64,000 nt of DNA from Bacteroidales bacterium (GTDB lineage Bacteria; Bacteroidota; Bacteroidia; Bacteroidales; UBA1402), in NCBI GenBank assembly GCA_045627385.1, contig JAZQNO010000032.1, positions 16,956 through 80,955 of the forward strand, given 5' to 3'. Shown here one piece after another: positions 8,640-17,963 of the stretch (positions within the stretch are counted from its first letter, which is position 1; the number at the start of each line of letters is the position of its first letter). The notes beneath the pieces are model-generated. The model saw only the letters and a program-made list of their open reading frames with translations. It ran no database searches and was not told where the DNA came from. A program made the position numbers and the translations under genes.

Positions 8640-10868
8640 ATGAAGAAATTTACTCTTTTAGCTTGTTCGCTGGCGATGGCTTTCTCGGCTTTCGCTGCCG
8701 AAATCATTGTGGAGTCTCCCGCTGAGTACGCCGACAAGTATGCTTCGGCTGTCAATGGAGATGTGTTGCTGCTGAAAAGCGGTTCGTATGCCAACCAGAA
8801 CTTCCCGGCTGACCGTATCATCACCGTCAAGGCATTTGCCGACACTTGCGAAGTGTCGCTGACCGGTGAGATTCGCGGTACCGATGTCGGTGGAAACGGT
8901 TCAGGTCTTATCTTTGAAGGTGTCACACTCGGAAATGGCGCATCCTATCTGATGAACTTCGCTCCTACGGGCATCGTCGAGAAGATTCAGTTTAAGAATT
9001 GTATTCTGGAGAACGTCGCCCGCTGTACCTTTTATATGAGCGGCGATGAAAAAACCTCAGCTGTGAAGACGGTGCTGTTTGAGAACTGCACCCTGCGCAA
9101 CCTCAACTCCGGTAACTGGAACTTTTGTTACCAGTACACTCCCATCTATTCCTGGACGTTCGACAACTGCACGTTCTACGGAAATGAAGGTATGGAAAGT
9201 TTCTACTGTCCAAGGGCTTCTTACGGAGACAAGAGCCATCAGTTCATTTTCACCAACAACACCTTCTACAGCGGATGCCGCGATGCCAACCGCAGTATCT
9301 GCGGTGTGTCCAACAAATTCGAAGGTGTCGAATGCAAACTGGTCTTCACTGACAACATCATCCTCTGCCCCGCAGGTGCGAGTGCCGGAAAACTCTTCGA
9401 CGTCAGCGCCGGTTTCTGGGATGTCACCATCACCAACAACCTGATTGACGGCTGGGGAATTCCCAGCCTGTCCGAAGAACTCGGTTTGGCTGTTGTTGAC
9501 AACAACTATACTTTGGCCGACCTTGGCCTGAACATCGGCGGTGTGTTTGCCGATGCTGCCAATGGCGACTTCACTCTTTATAAAGGTGTCAGTCCTCTGG
9601 ATGACAAGTCCACCACCGGCGGAATGCTCGGCGCTGCCAAGTGGACTGTCGAAGCCGGCTCCATGTTCACGCTTGTTCAGGGTGTGGCTGAAGGCTGCGA
9701 TTCCATGGGTACTGTCAGCGGCACCAGCGGCCTCGTTCCCGAAGGCAAGAGTGTCACTCTTACTGCTGTTCCTAATTACGGCTTCAAATTCGTTAAGTGG
9801 ATAGACGGTAACGGCGCCACTCTTAGCGAAGACATCTCCTATACGTTTACTATGGACGGCGACAAGACCGTCTATGCAGAGTTCGCCGCTCTCACCATGT
9901 ATTCCTTGAACGTCACCTGTACCAACGGCGGTCATTACCTCCTTTCCGAGCAGGGTGAAAACGGCCTGTATCCCGAAGGTACCGAAATTGTCATCTCGGC
10001 TACGACCAACTTCATCACCGAATTCGTCATGGCTACTGAAGCCAAGGGCGACATGTATTTCGGCACCGAATTCACCGTGGTCATGAACGACAACAAGGAC
10101 ATCACCATGGAATTTGTCCAGAAAGACTACATCTGCGGTTGGGACTTCACCGAAGGTGACGGCGTCACTTCCGGCGGTGCTTCCCAGAACCGTCCGGCCG
10201 ACTGGCTGAGTCCGTCCTATCAGACCGATACTGAGGTTCCCACACTTGACCTCTACTACACACTGTATCCCGATCAGCCTTGGACCAGTGGCTGGTGGAA
10301 CCGTACCGACACTTATCCCGCCGCTGTTACGTGGCTGCGTTGCACCGATTCCGGTGACGGCACCGAATACAAACTGGACGGTGGCGCTATGGACTCGTCC
10401 AAATATTACGACAATGTCGGTTTCTACTGGCAGACCAGTTTCTGCACCAGAGACTACAAGACCGATGCCAGCTTCCACTTCTCCATCAAGCGTACCTACA
10501 TGGGTCACTATATCTATAAGGTGCAGACTTCTTATGACGGCAACAGTTGGGAATCTGTCAACGACTCCATCAGTTCAAACGGATGGGCCGACTATGATGT
10601 CATGCTGCCCAACACGGCCAACAAGGAGCGCGTCTATGTCCGCCTGATACCCGATGTGAACAGCGGTTACGAAACCAGCCGTCTGTTCGACGTCTACGGT
10701 GTTTATGTGGCCAACATCTTCTTCACTGCCGAACCCACCGTCGCTATCGAAACCGTCGAAAGCGAAGCCGAAGATGCTCCCATCTTCGATCTGATGGGAC
10801 GCCGCGTGAAGAGCGCCGATGCCCCCGGCATCTACATCCAGAACGGCAAGAAGTTCATGATCAAATAA
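8640..10868 (+). CDS. Secreted multi-domain protein: parallel beta-helix-like N-domain, two InlB-B-repeat-like modules, W/Y-rich domain, T9SS sorting tail; activity unknown
   Basis: 742-aa ORF with signal peptide MKKFTLLACSLAMAFSAFA. Periodic FKNCILEN/FENCTLRN/FDNCTFYG/FTNNTFYS/FTDNIILC/ITNNLIDG. Repeats GTVSGTSGLVPEGKSVTLTAVPNYGFKFVKWIDGNG and YSLNVTCTNGGHYLL..GTEIVISA. Tail IFDLMGRRVKSADAPGIYIQNGKKFMIK. Confidence 0.75.
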   Translation: MKKFTLLACSLAMAFSAFAAEIIVESPAEYADKYASAVNGDVLLLKSGSYANQNFPADRIITVKAFADTCEVSLTGEIRGTDVGGNGSGLIFEGVTLGNGASYLMNFAPTGIVEKIQFKNCILENVARCTFYMSGDEKTSAVKTVLFENCTLRNLNSGNWNFCYQYTPIYSWTFDNCTFYGNEGMESFYCPRASYGDKSHQFIFTNNTFYSGCRDANRSICGVSNKFEGVECKLVFTDNIILCPAGASAGKLFDVSAGFWDVTITNNLIDGWGIPSLSEELGLAVVDNNYTLADLGLNIGGVFADAANGDFTLYKGVSPLDDKSTTGGMLGAAKWTVEAGSMFTLVQGVAEGCDSMGTVSGTSGLVPEGKSVTLTAVPNYGFKFVKWIDGNGATLSEDISYTFTMDGDKTVYAEFAALTMYSLNVTCTNGGHYLLSEQGENGLYPEGTEIVISATTNFITEFVMATEAKGDMYFGTEFTVVMNDNKDITMEFVQKDYICGWDFTEGDGVTSGGASQNRPADWLSPSYQTDTEVPTLDLYYTLYPDQPWTSGWWNRTDTYPAAVTWLRCTDSGDGTEYKLDGGAMDSSKYYDNVGFYWQTSFCTRDYKTDASFHFSIKRTYMGHYIYKVQTSYDGNSWESVNDSISSNGWADYDVMLPNTANKERVYVRLIPDVNSGYETSRLFDVYGVYVANIFFTAEPTVAIETVESEAEDAPIFDLMGRRVKSADAPGIYIQNGKKFMIK

Positions 10869-10892
10869 ATACAGGTCATCTCACGCAAATGA

Positions 10893-10922
10893 GGGGGACG
10901 GTCAATCCGTCCCCCTTTTTTG
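10893..10922 (+). terminator. Intrinsic terminator after the 742-aa gene
   Basis: GGGGGACGG-TCAAT-CCGTCCCCC perfect 9-bp stem followed by a T-run. Confidence 0.7.
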
Positions 10923-10985
10923 TCAATAAATCCTCCTTTGGAAGCCTTTCAAATGAATAATTTTGTCGCGTCAAACCCAACAATA

Positions 10986-12779
10986 ATGATAATGAAAAGG
11001 CTACTAATCATGGTTGTCGTTATTCAGGCAGCGATAGGTATACAGGCAGGCTCTCTTTCGCCCAAGGCTCCTACAGCCGGGCAGAAGGATGTCGCCATCA
11101 ATGCACAGATTGTGATTCAGGGTACAAGTGCCGTTTCCTTGGGCACCGACAGTTGCTTTCTCAACGGCGAATACATCACTCCTACCGCTGTGGCATCCAA
11201 TCTGGCCATTTTCCGTCCGGGCGAGCTGTTGTACGGAACCACGTATACCCTAGAGATCCGCACGGGCGCTTTTACAGACAAATCCGGCAATCCGATGACA
11301 GGATGCACCTTTTCCTTTACGACGGTTTCTCCCGAGACAAGGGTGTTTGATGCCATTGTGGCGGCCGACGGTTCCGGCGATTACAAAAGCATTCGTGCCG
11401 CCATCAAAGCAGCTCCGACCAACCGCACTGAACCATGGTTGATTTTCGTGAAGAATGGTGTATATACGGAATTGGTGCGAGTGGCTGAAAACCAGCCTCA
11501 TATCAGTCTAATTGGTGAAGACCCGGACAAGACTATTCTTAAATTTTCCATCACTTCCAACGGAGGCCATGAACGCGACAATGCCAACTTCTCCGAGGCA
11601 GAAGGTATGGGGCCTGTTCTGGCCGTAAAGGGATCGGATTTCTATTTGCACAATATCTCTGTCATTGATTCCTGGGGATATGACAATCAGGCTGGCCCTC
11701 AGGCTTTGGCTTTCGGCAGCTATGCCGACCGTATCACGTTGTTCAACAGCAAACTCTACAGCTATCAGGACACTTGGCAGACAGGCAGCGATGAACATCG
11801 CGCCTATGCCCGCAACTGCTATGTCGAAGGGGCCGTCGATTTCATCTATTGTTCCGGAAATCTGGTCATGGACAGTTGCACTATCGGCTTCTGCCGCAAC
11901 GGATCGGTGCTTACGGCGCCCAGTCATGGTGCCGGTGTTAAGTACGGGTATGTGTTCCGTAACTGCAATGTGGTATCGAGCAAACCCGGTACTGCTCGCA
12001 CCGGCAATGTTTGGGGACGTCCTTGGCACAATTCGCCCCGGACGTGTATGATCAATACCACCTTGAGCAAAGATATCACGCTCACTCCGGCCGGATGGAT
12101 CGACCACATGGGTGGTCTGCCTGCCGTCTTCGCCGAATACAATACGATGAACTACAAAGGTGAACCTTTGGATCTGTCGCAGCGCATCAGCCGCTACTAC
12201 AAAGAGACCGATGGAGTCAAGACCTATGCCACTGCCAAGAACATTCTTACCAAAGAGGAGGCCGATTTCCTCACTGCTCGCAATGTGCTCAGCGGCGAGG
12301 ACCAGTGGAGACCCGAAAACATCGTCACTCAGTTGCCTGCGCCCAAGGTCTCGTACGAAGGTCAGAGACTTTCGTGGAATTTGGAACCCCAAGCCATCTG
12401 TTATGAAATCTTGCGAAACGGTTCTTTCCTGTGTTTCACCACAGACACATTCTTTGAATTTGAGGGAAACGCTTCCGAATATCGTGTGAGAGCTGTCAAT
12501 CATTACGGAACGCCCGGAAAAGAGTCCAAGGTCCCTTTTGTGAATGACATCCAGCCGAAGACGGCCGCTGACTTGGATGTCGTATGTTGTGATGACCGTA
12601 TGACCGTTTACGGTTTTTCTGGAGAGGCCGCAGTCGATGTCTTCACTCTGTGCGGCATCAATGTGGGCGGTTTCCGTATGGAATCCGGCTCGTCTGTCGA
12701 ATTGTCAGAGAAAGGTTTGTTGATGGTCCGCATCGCCGCCGATGGTGGAGTGTGGACCCGCAGAATTTTTGTGAAATAA
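10986..12779 (+). CDS. CE8 pectin methylesterase with N-terminal Ig-like region and probable T9SS tail
   Basis: Start trimmed to MIMKRLLIMVVVIQAAIGIQA. CE8 blocks AADGSGDYKSIRAAI, GPQALAF, YSYQDTWQ, GAVDFIYCSG, WGRPW. C-terminus ..GLLMVRIAADGGVWTRRIFVK. Confidence 0.85.
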   Translation: MIMKRLLIMVVVIQAAIGIQAGSLSPKAPTAGQKDVAINAQIVIQGTSAVSLGTDSCFLNGEYITPTAVASNLAIFRPGELLYGTTYTLEIRTGAFTDKSGNPMTGCTFSFTTVSPETRVFDAIVAADGSGDYKSIRAAIKAAPTNRTEPWLIFVKNGVYTELVRVAENQPHISLIGEDPDKTILKFSITSNGGHERDNANFSEAEGMGPVLAVKGSDFYLHNISVIDSWGYDNQAGPQALAFGSYADRITLFNSKLYSYQDTWQTGSDEHRAYARNCYVEGAVDFIYCSGNLVMDSCTIGFCRNGSVLTAPSHGAGVKYGYVFRNCNVVSSKPGTARTGNVWGRPWHNSPRTCMINTTLSKDITLTPAGWIDHMGGLPAVFAEYNTMNYKGEPLDLSQRISRYYKETDGVKTYATAKNILTKEEADFLTARNVLSGEDQWRPENIVTQLPAPKVSYEGQRLSWNLEPQAICYEILRNGSFLCFTTDTFFEFEGNASEYRVRAVNHYGTPGKESKVPFVNDIQPKTAADLDVVCCDDRMTVYGFSGEAAVDVFTLCGINVGGFRMESGSSVELSEKGLLMVRIAADGGVWTRRIFVK

Positions 12780-12800
12780 AATAAGGTTGATTGAAAGGGG

Positions 12801-12839
12801 GAAGTGGCCGTGTCGAGAGATGCGGCTGCTTCTTTTTTT
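12801..12839. terminator. Bidirectional hairpin between the convergent CE8 and HTCS genes
   Basis: GAAGTGGCCG..(12-nt loop)..CGGCTGCTTC, a 10-bp stem with two G-U pairs, followed by a T-run that overlaps the HTCS stop codon. Confidence 0.55.
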
Positions 12840-15800
12840 ATGCGTTTTGAGACTTGATAAAGTCAGAGGGACTTTGTCCGACATGTTTCTTAAAGCATCG
12901 GCTGAAATACTTCGGATCGTTGAATCCGGTCTTATAGGCGATTTCGGATATGGTCAGGTCGCCGGTCTTCATCAGCTGGACTGCCCTTTTAATGCGTATT
13001 TCCTGGACGAAATCGATGGGGGTGAGGCCCAATGTCGACTTCAGTTTGTTGTAGAAGACCGTCCGGCCCAGCCGCATGGCATTGGCGAATTCGTCGATGG
13101 TCATATCGGGATTATCCATATTCTTCTCCATAAAAGCCATTACTCCCTGCACAAAGAGTTCGTCGGCTGGGGTGATTTCGGGCATGTCGGGTTCCAGATT
13201 CGTTTTGGCGGCATTTCCCTGACTGAGCATTTCCAGATAACGCTTTTTCAGCATCCGACGCTGTTCAATAAGTGCAGCCACACGCGTTTTCAGATAGTTG
13301 GCACTGAACGGCTTCAACACATAGTCGTCCACACCCATCTGTATGCCCCGGATACGGTCGTCCATTGCAGTTTTGGCAGTGAGAACTATGACTGGAACGG
13401 AGTAGATGTCAGGATCCTCCTTGATGTGCCGGATCATTTCAAAGCCATCCATACGAGGCATCATCAGGTCTGTGACGATGACATCGGGCCAGAATTCTTT
13501 GCCGGCCCGCAGGCCTTCCTCACCGTTGGTGGCAGTGATGACTCGGTAGGATTTCTCCAGGATGCTTGTCATAAAGTCACGCAATTCGCCGTTGTCTTCC
13601 ACAATCAGTATCGTGTCCTTGTCTTTGTCAGTCTCCGTTTCCGGATATTCAAGTTCCATAGTTGACTGTTGATCTGAGTCTTGTGGAACGGCGACCATGT
13701 CATTGACATAAAATTCCACCTTCGGGTCATCTTCCAAATGGGTGCGTCCTTTCAGAAATGCCAGCGTGAAAGTGCTGCCTTCTCCTTCCCGGCTCTCTAC
13801 GCGGATGACTGCGTGATGCATGTCGGCAAACTGCTTGACCAAAGCCAGACCGATGCCCGAAGAAGGTTTGAACAGATTGTTTTGGAGAACCGTCTCAAAG
13901 CGTTGGAACAGGTGTGGGATGTCTTCCTGACGAATGCCGATACCCTGGTCTGAAACGGCCACTTCCACACTATTGTCTTTGTCGGCGATGGAGATGCTGA
14001 TCTGTCTGCCATCAGGAGTGAATTTGAAAGCATTAGACAGCAGGTTGTAAAATATCTTTTCCAATTTGTCGCGGTCAGCCCATACGGATGCGGGTTTCAC
14101 CGGACATTCCAGAATAAAGTTGATCCGATGTTGGGAAGCCATACTCTGAAAACTGTTCATGATGCCGGTCATCAGCAGTTTGAGGTCAAGTTGCTCGGCG
14201 ATGAGTTTCATCTTGTTGTTCTCGATTTTCCTGGTGTCGAGTATCTGGTTGACCAATGTCAGCATCCGACGTACATTGTTCTGGGCCATTTCCAGATATT
14301 TCCTCGACTGTCGCGACAGCGAGCGGTCTTCCAACACTTCCGTCACAGGACCATCGACCAAAGTGAGCGGAGTACGCAGTTCGTGACTTATGTCGGTGAA
14401 GAATCTCATCTTCATCTCGCTCATCTCCTTTTCAACGGACAAACTGTGGCGTAGTTGATAAAACCTCAGTAAGGCCATCAGACCGAAAAGGATCATCAGT
14501 AAAATGGTCAGGATAATGCAGCTTTTTCCGAAAACCGTCTGGAAAACAGTCGGCTTCACATAAATGTCAATGGTCTTTTCGTTGTCGGTCCAAATACCGT
14601 CGGCATTGGTCGAACGCACATGAAACAGATGGTGACGCGGCGGCAGGTTGATGTAGGTGACCGAATTGTCCGAAGTGACTTTCCAATCAGATTCCAAATC
14701 ATCCATGCGATAAGCGTATTTCAGATTCCTGTTGTTGTGAAAGTCAAGAGCCGTGAATCGGACCGAAACATTTTTGGTGCTGTGTGTCTGGTTTCCCGAT
14801 TCCTGCGGATTGGTGGCAGAGACGACAAGCGGAGGTATGAATATGTTTTCGACGATTTCATCGGCATTCATAGCCAAAAATCCTTCCATAGTGCCAAAAT
14901 ACAGCACACCGTTCCGATTGAGCGGAGTTCCTTCGGAAAATACCAGATTTTCGGCCATGGTGCCTTGCTCGTAGACCTTGATCATATCGGGCAGACGGGT
15001 GGTCTCGTTCAAAGTGATGCGTGTCAGGCTGAGTCCGGAAGTGACCCAAAGTTTTCCTTTGTTGTCCTCTATGATGCTATATGACACATCGCTGGCCAAT
15101 CCCTCATTCTTTGTGATGGTTTTGAAAATGAGACGGTCGCTCAAAAGTGAGTCTGACATCAGACGGCAGATACCACCGCTGCTGGTGGTGAGCCAGAAAA
15201 TGCCGCGGCTGTCGGTCATGAGGCTCATGATGTCGTTGTCGGGAATGCAAGTCTGGTCGAATTCGGTTTTCGCATGATGGAACATGTGTATATCCTCAGG
15301 TTTGTCAAAAGCGTTGCTGAAGGTGAACAGGCCTTCGCGGGAAGCGACGGCGACTATGCCGGGTCTGACCTCTCTGATCTGTCGGACGGCATTGGGAAGA
15401 GGGCTGTTGAGTCCCAAATGGTTGTCGCTATGGTAGAACTGTTCGTTTTCCACATCGAACAGATTGATGCCTCCGCCGAAGGTGCCTATCCACAGATGCC
15501 CTCGGCTATCTTCCAGAACAGAGTAGATTTCATTGTTGCTGATGCTTCTGGGATTGTTTTCATTGTGCTTAAACTGCTTGAGGACGGGTTTCTGCCCTTT
15601 GGAAGGGATGGAAGTAAGAAACAGACCGCCGGCCTTGCTGCCTATCCAGATGCGCTGATGGGAGTCTTCAAACAGACAATAGGCAGTGCCTTCGATGTCG
15701 AATTGAGTCAGCAGCTGGCCTGTCGAGTCTGTCACGACGATGGTCTTCTCACGGGAGCCGTACCAGATGTTTCCTTCGGAATCGTTCAGTATCGACCGCA

Positions 15801-17070
15801 CTTCTTTCCCCTGACAGATGTTTTCGGTCTGGAAGGGCAGATTGTTGAGACGCAGGTGGTCGACACGTCTGTTGGACATGTACCAAACGTCACCTTGACG
15901 GTCGATGAGAAAATTGGTGGCTTTAGCCCGCAGTTTTTCTACGCCTTCCGGTTGAATGAAACGTTCCCCATTGAAATACAGGACTCTGTTGCTGTCGAAA
16001 GGCAGCAGCCAGATGGCTCCTGTGTTGTCTTCGTGGAAGCGGGCTCTCGAATCTTTCATCGCATAGTCTTCCGGAAGATTCACAGAAGTGGTGAGATAGT
16101 CTTTTCCACCGTCTGAGCGGCGGATAAGTCTGACGGACATGTCTTCGGTGAATCCCCAGATACGGCCTGTCTGGTCGATGAGGAAGGATATGAGGACCGC
16201 ATTCGAAATACGTTCGGACTTTCCCGTTTCCAAATCGGTCAGATAGAAACCGTTCCCGCTGGACGAATACAAAATGCCGTCCAAGCAAGTTTCCTGCCAG
16301 ATACAGCCGTTTGAGCTGATGTAATCAGTATATTCGATTTGTCCATTTTCAAAATGGTAGCAGGCTCGAAAGCGGCCGTCAGATGAAGTCAGCCACAGGC
16401 AGGAATCGGTGGCTGTAACAAATTTCAGAGGCATTTTGCTGACATTCTGCAGCGAAGTGCCGTCTTGTCGGGTATTCAGCCGGTAGGTGCCATTTGCCGT
16501 AAGCACCCATTCGTACCCGAAGCGGTCGGCAAATATATGATAGATGTTTTGAGATGATTCGGTTTTCAGCTGGATTTGCTGACAATTATTCAGCGGATCC
16601 CTGTCGTTAAGGCGGAACAGTTCGCCGTTTTCACCGATAAGCCATGAAAAGCCTGTTTCCAACGGATAGATTCTGGAGACCATCGGTGTCTTTGGCTGTT
16701 TGTCATCCAGCATCTTCTGGCAGTCGACAAACAATTCTTTGTCGGTGTTGAAAAGATAAAGGCGCGTGTTGGTCAGACAATACAGATTACCGAGACTGTT
16801 TTCGCACATCATGTTGATGCGGTTGGAATGGAGCACCGAATTCTGATTCTGGTCAGACTTGAATTTGGTCCACTGATAGCCGTCGTACCGGTTGATGCCG
16901 TTGAAAGTGCTCACCCAAATATAACCGTGGTGGTCTTGAAGGATGTGCGTAATGGCGCCTTGCAGTTCTTCTCCATCGCTCAGAATCGAAGTGGCCGTCA
17001 CGAAAGGAGTGGCTTTCAGGTACATAGCCAGACAAAGGAACAGCAGTGCGAGACCGATGACTTTTTTCAT
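12838..17070 (-). CDS. Hybrid two-component system sensor kinase/response regulator with AraC-type HTH (HTCS), PUL regulator
   Basis: 1410-aa ORF with signal/TM, long periplasmic beta-propeller-like repeats and a second TM. H-box FFTDISHELRTPLTL. REC ILIVEDNGELRDF..TDLMMPRMDG. HTH ISEIAYKTGFNDPKYFSRCFKKHVGQSPSDF. Confidence 0.9.
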   Translation of the reverse strand: MKKVIGLALLFLCLAMYLKATPFVTATSILSDGEELQGAITHILQDHHGYIWVSTFNGINRYDGYQWTKFKSDQNQNSVLHSNRINMMCENSLGNLYCLTNTRLYLFNTDKELFVDCQKMLDDKQPKTPMVSRIYPLETGFSWLIGENGELFRLNDRDPLNNCQQIQLKTESSQNIYHIFADRFGYEWVLTANGTYRLNTRQDGTSLQNVSKMPLKFVTATDSCLWLTSSDGRFRACYHFENGQIEYTDYISSNGCIWQETCLDGILYSSSGNGFYLTDLETGKSERISNAVLISFLIDQTGRIWGFTEDMSVRLIRRSDGGKDYLTTSVNLPEDYAMKDSRARFHEDNTGAIWLLPFDSNRVLYFNGERFIQPEGVEKLRAKATNFLIDRQGDVWYMSNRRVDHLRLNNLPFQTENICQGKEVRSILNDSEGNIWYGSREKTIVVTDSTGQLLTQFDIEGTAYCLFEDSHQRIWIGSKAGGLFLTSIPSKGQKPVLKQFKHNENNPRSISNNEIYSVLEDSRGHLWIGTFGGGINLFDVENEQFYHSDNHLGLNSPLPNAVRQIREVRPGIVAVASREGLFTFSNAFDKPEDIHMFHHAKTEFDQTCIPDNDIMSLMTDSRGIFWLTTSSGGICRLMSDSLLSDRLIFKTITKNEGLASDVSYSIIEDNKGKLWVTSGLSLTRITLNETTRLPDMIKVYEQGTMAENLVFSEGTPLNRNGVLYFGTMEGFLAMNADEIVENIFIPPLVVSATNPQESGNQTHSTKNVSVRFTALDFHNNRNLKYAYRMDDLESDWKVTSDNSVTYINLPPRHHLFHVRSTNADGIWTDNEKTIDIYVKPTVFQTVFGKSCIILTILLMILFGLMALLRFYQLRHSLSVEKEMSEMKMRFFTDISHELRTPLTLVDGPVTEVLEDRSLSRQSRKYLEMAQNNVRRMLTLVNQILDTRKIENNKMKLIAEQLDLKLLMTGIMNSFQSMASQHRINFILECPVKPASVWADRDKLEKIFYNLLSNAFKFTPDGRQISISIADKDNSVEVAVSDQGIGIRQEDIPHLFQRFETVLQNNLFKPSSGIGLALVKQFADMHHAVIRVESREGEGSTFTLAFLKGRTHLEDDPKVEFYVNDMVAVPQDSDQQSTMELEYPETETDKDKDTILIVEDNGELRDFMTSILEKSYRVITATNGEEGLRAGKEFWPDVIVTDLMMPRMDGFEMIRHIKEDPDIYSVPVIVLTAKTAMDDRIRGIQMGVDDYVLKPFSANYLKTRVAALIEQRRMLKKRYLEMLSQGNAAKTNLEPDMPEITPADELFVQGVMAFMEKNMDNPDMTIDEFANAMRLGRTVFYNKLKSTLGLTPIDFVQEIRIKRAVQLMKTGDLTISEIAYKTGFNDPKYFSRCFKKHVGQSPSDFIKSQNA

Positions 17071-17098
17071 AAAACAAATCGGAAGGTGAGCTGGATAG

Positions 17099-17170
17099 TA
17101 GTCCCTCCGGGAATCGAACCCGGATCAAAAGTTTAGGAAACTTCCGTTCTATCCATTGAACTAAAGGACC
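17099..17170 (-). tRNA. tRNA-Arg (anticodon CCT)
   Basis: Reverse strand GGTCCTT-TA-GTTC-AATGGATA-GAAC-G-GAAGT-TTCCTAA-ACTTT-TGAT-CCGGG-TTCGATT-CCCGG-AGGGACT-A. Cloverleaf folded by hand; no encoded CCA. Confidence 0.85.
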
Positions 17171-17182
17171 TTGTTTCAAATG

Positions 17183-17190
17183 CAAAGATA
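17183..17190 (-). promoter_or_regulatory. -7 box TAtcTTTG directly upstream of tRNA-Arg(CCT)
   Basis: Reverse strand TATCTTTG ends 12 nt before the tRNA 5' end. Confidence 0.45.
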
Positions 17191-17208
17191 AAATTTTCCT
17201 CCGAATGT

Positions 17209-17937
17209 TCAAAAGGAGGAAAAACACTCCTGAAGTACGTCCAGTGATTTGATTTCAGGGAAATCGCTTAGGTGCAGCCGGTAGTAGTCCAATATTTTCC
17301 GAAGGGCCGCCGTCCGTTCGCCTCCGCTCATTTGTAGGGCGTCTAGATGTTGATAGTCAAGCTGAAGCAATTTTCTGAGCCATTCAGATTCTTTAGAGTT
17401 CAGCCAGGCATTGTGTGCAGGTCGGGAATCGGACCATGTACCTGCCTGCATATCGAAACCGTAGCCTGGATGCCAGTTCTCTGTATTGGGATAGAAACCC
17501 AGGAAATGTGTCAGTGAACATAGAAAAGCCAGATGGAAATTGGCGGTTCCTTTCTCGTTCAGATCGAGCAGTTGAACCGACTGATGGAGAAAATCGAACA
17601 GGGGAGTATTGGACTCGGCTTCGCCCAAGACGCGGTAAAGCACCTCGGCCAGGAAGAGAGACAGGGTGTTCTTGACAGGATCGAACGGAAGTTTCACGAA
17701 AGGACAGTCCGATTTGATTTCTTTCAGACGCTGCAGTTCCCGATTGGCTTTGTGATCGGCCTCGTATTCGATCAGACTGAGCGGCTGAAGCAATGCCGGA
17801 CTCAAGGGCGATTTTTTCCGGCGGTCGTTTGAAAGGTATGACAAACGTCCGAAATCGCGGCTGTAGAGGCAGACAATCGAATCGCTGTCGCTGTATCGGA
17901 TGCGCCTCAAGACCACCGCTTGACTCTTGACCAACAT
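17209..17937 (-). CDS. recO: DNA repair protein RecO
   Basis: 242-aa ORF. N-terminus MLVKSQAVVLRRIRYSDSDSIVCLYSRDFGRLSYL is a typical RecO OB-fold start, and the size is typical. Confidence 0.8.
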   Translation of the reverse strand: MLVKSQAVVLRRIRYSDSDSIVCLYSRDFGRLSYLSNDRRKKSPLSPALLQPLSLIEYEADHKANRELQRLKEIKSDCPFVKLPFDPVKNTLSLFLAEVLYRVLGEAESNTPLFDFLHQSVQLLDLNEKGTANFHLAFLCSLTHFLGFYPNTENWHPGYGFDMQAGTWSDSRPAHNAWLNSKESEWLRKLLQLDYQHLDALQMSGGERTAALRKILDYYRLHLSDFPEIKSLDVLQECFSSF

Positions 17938-17963
17938 AAATCAGCCGATGTAAACGGGATTTT

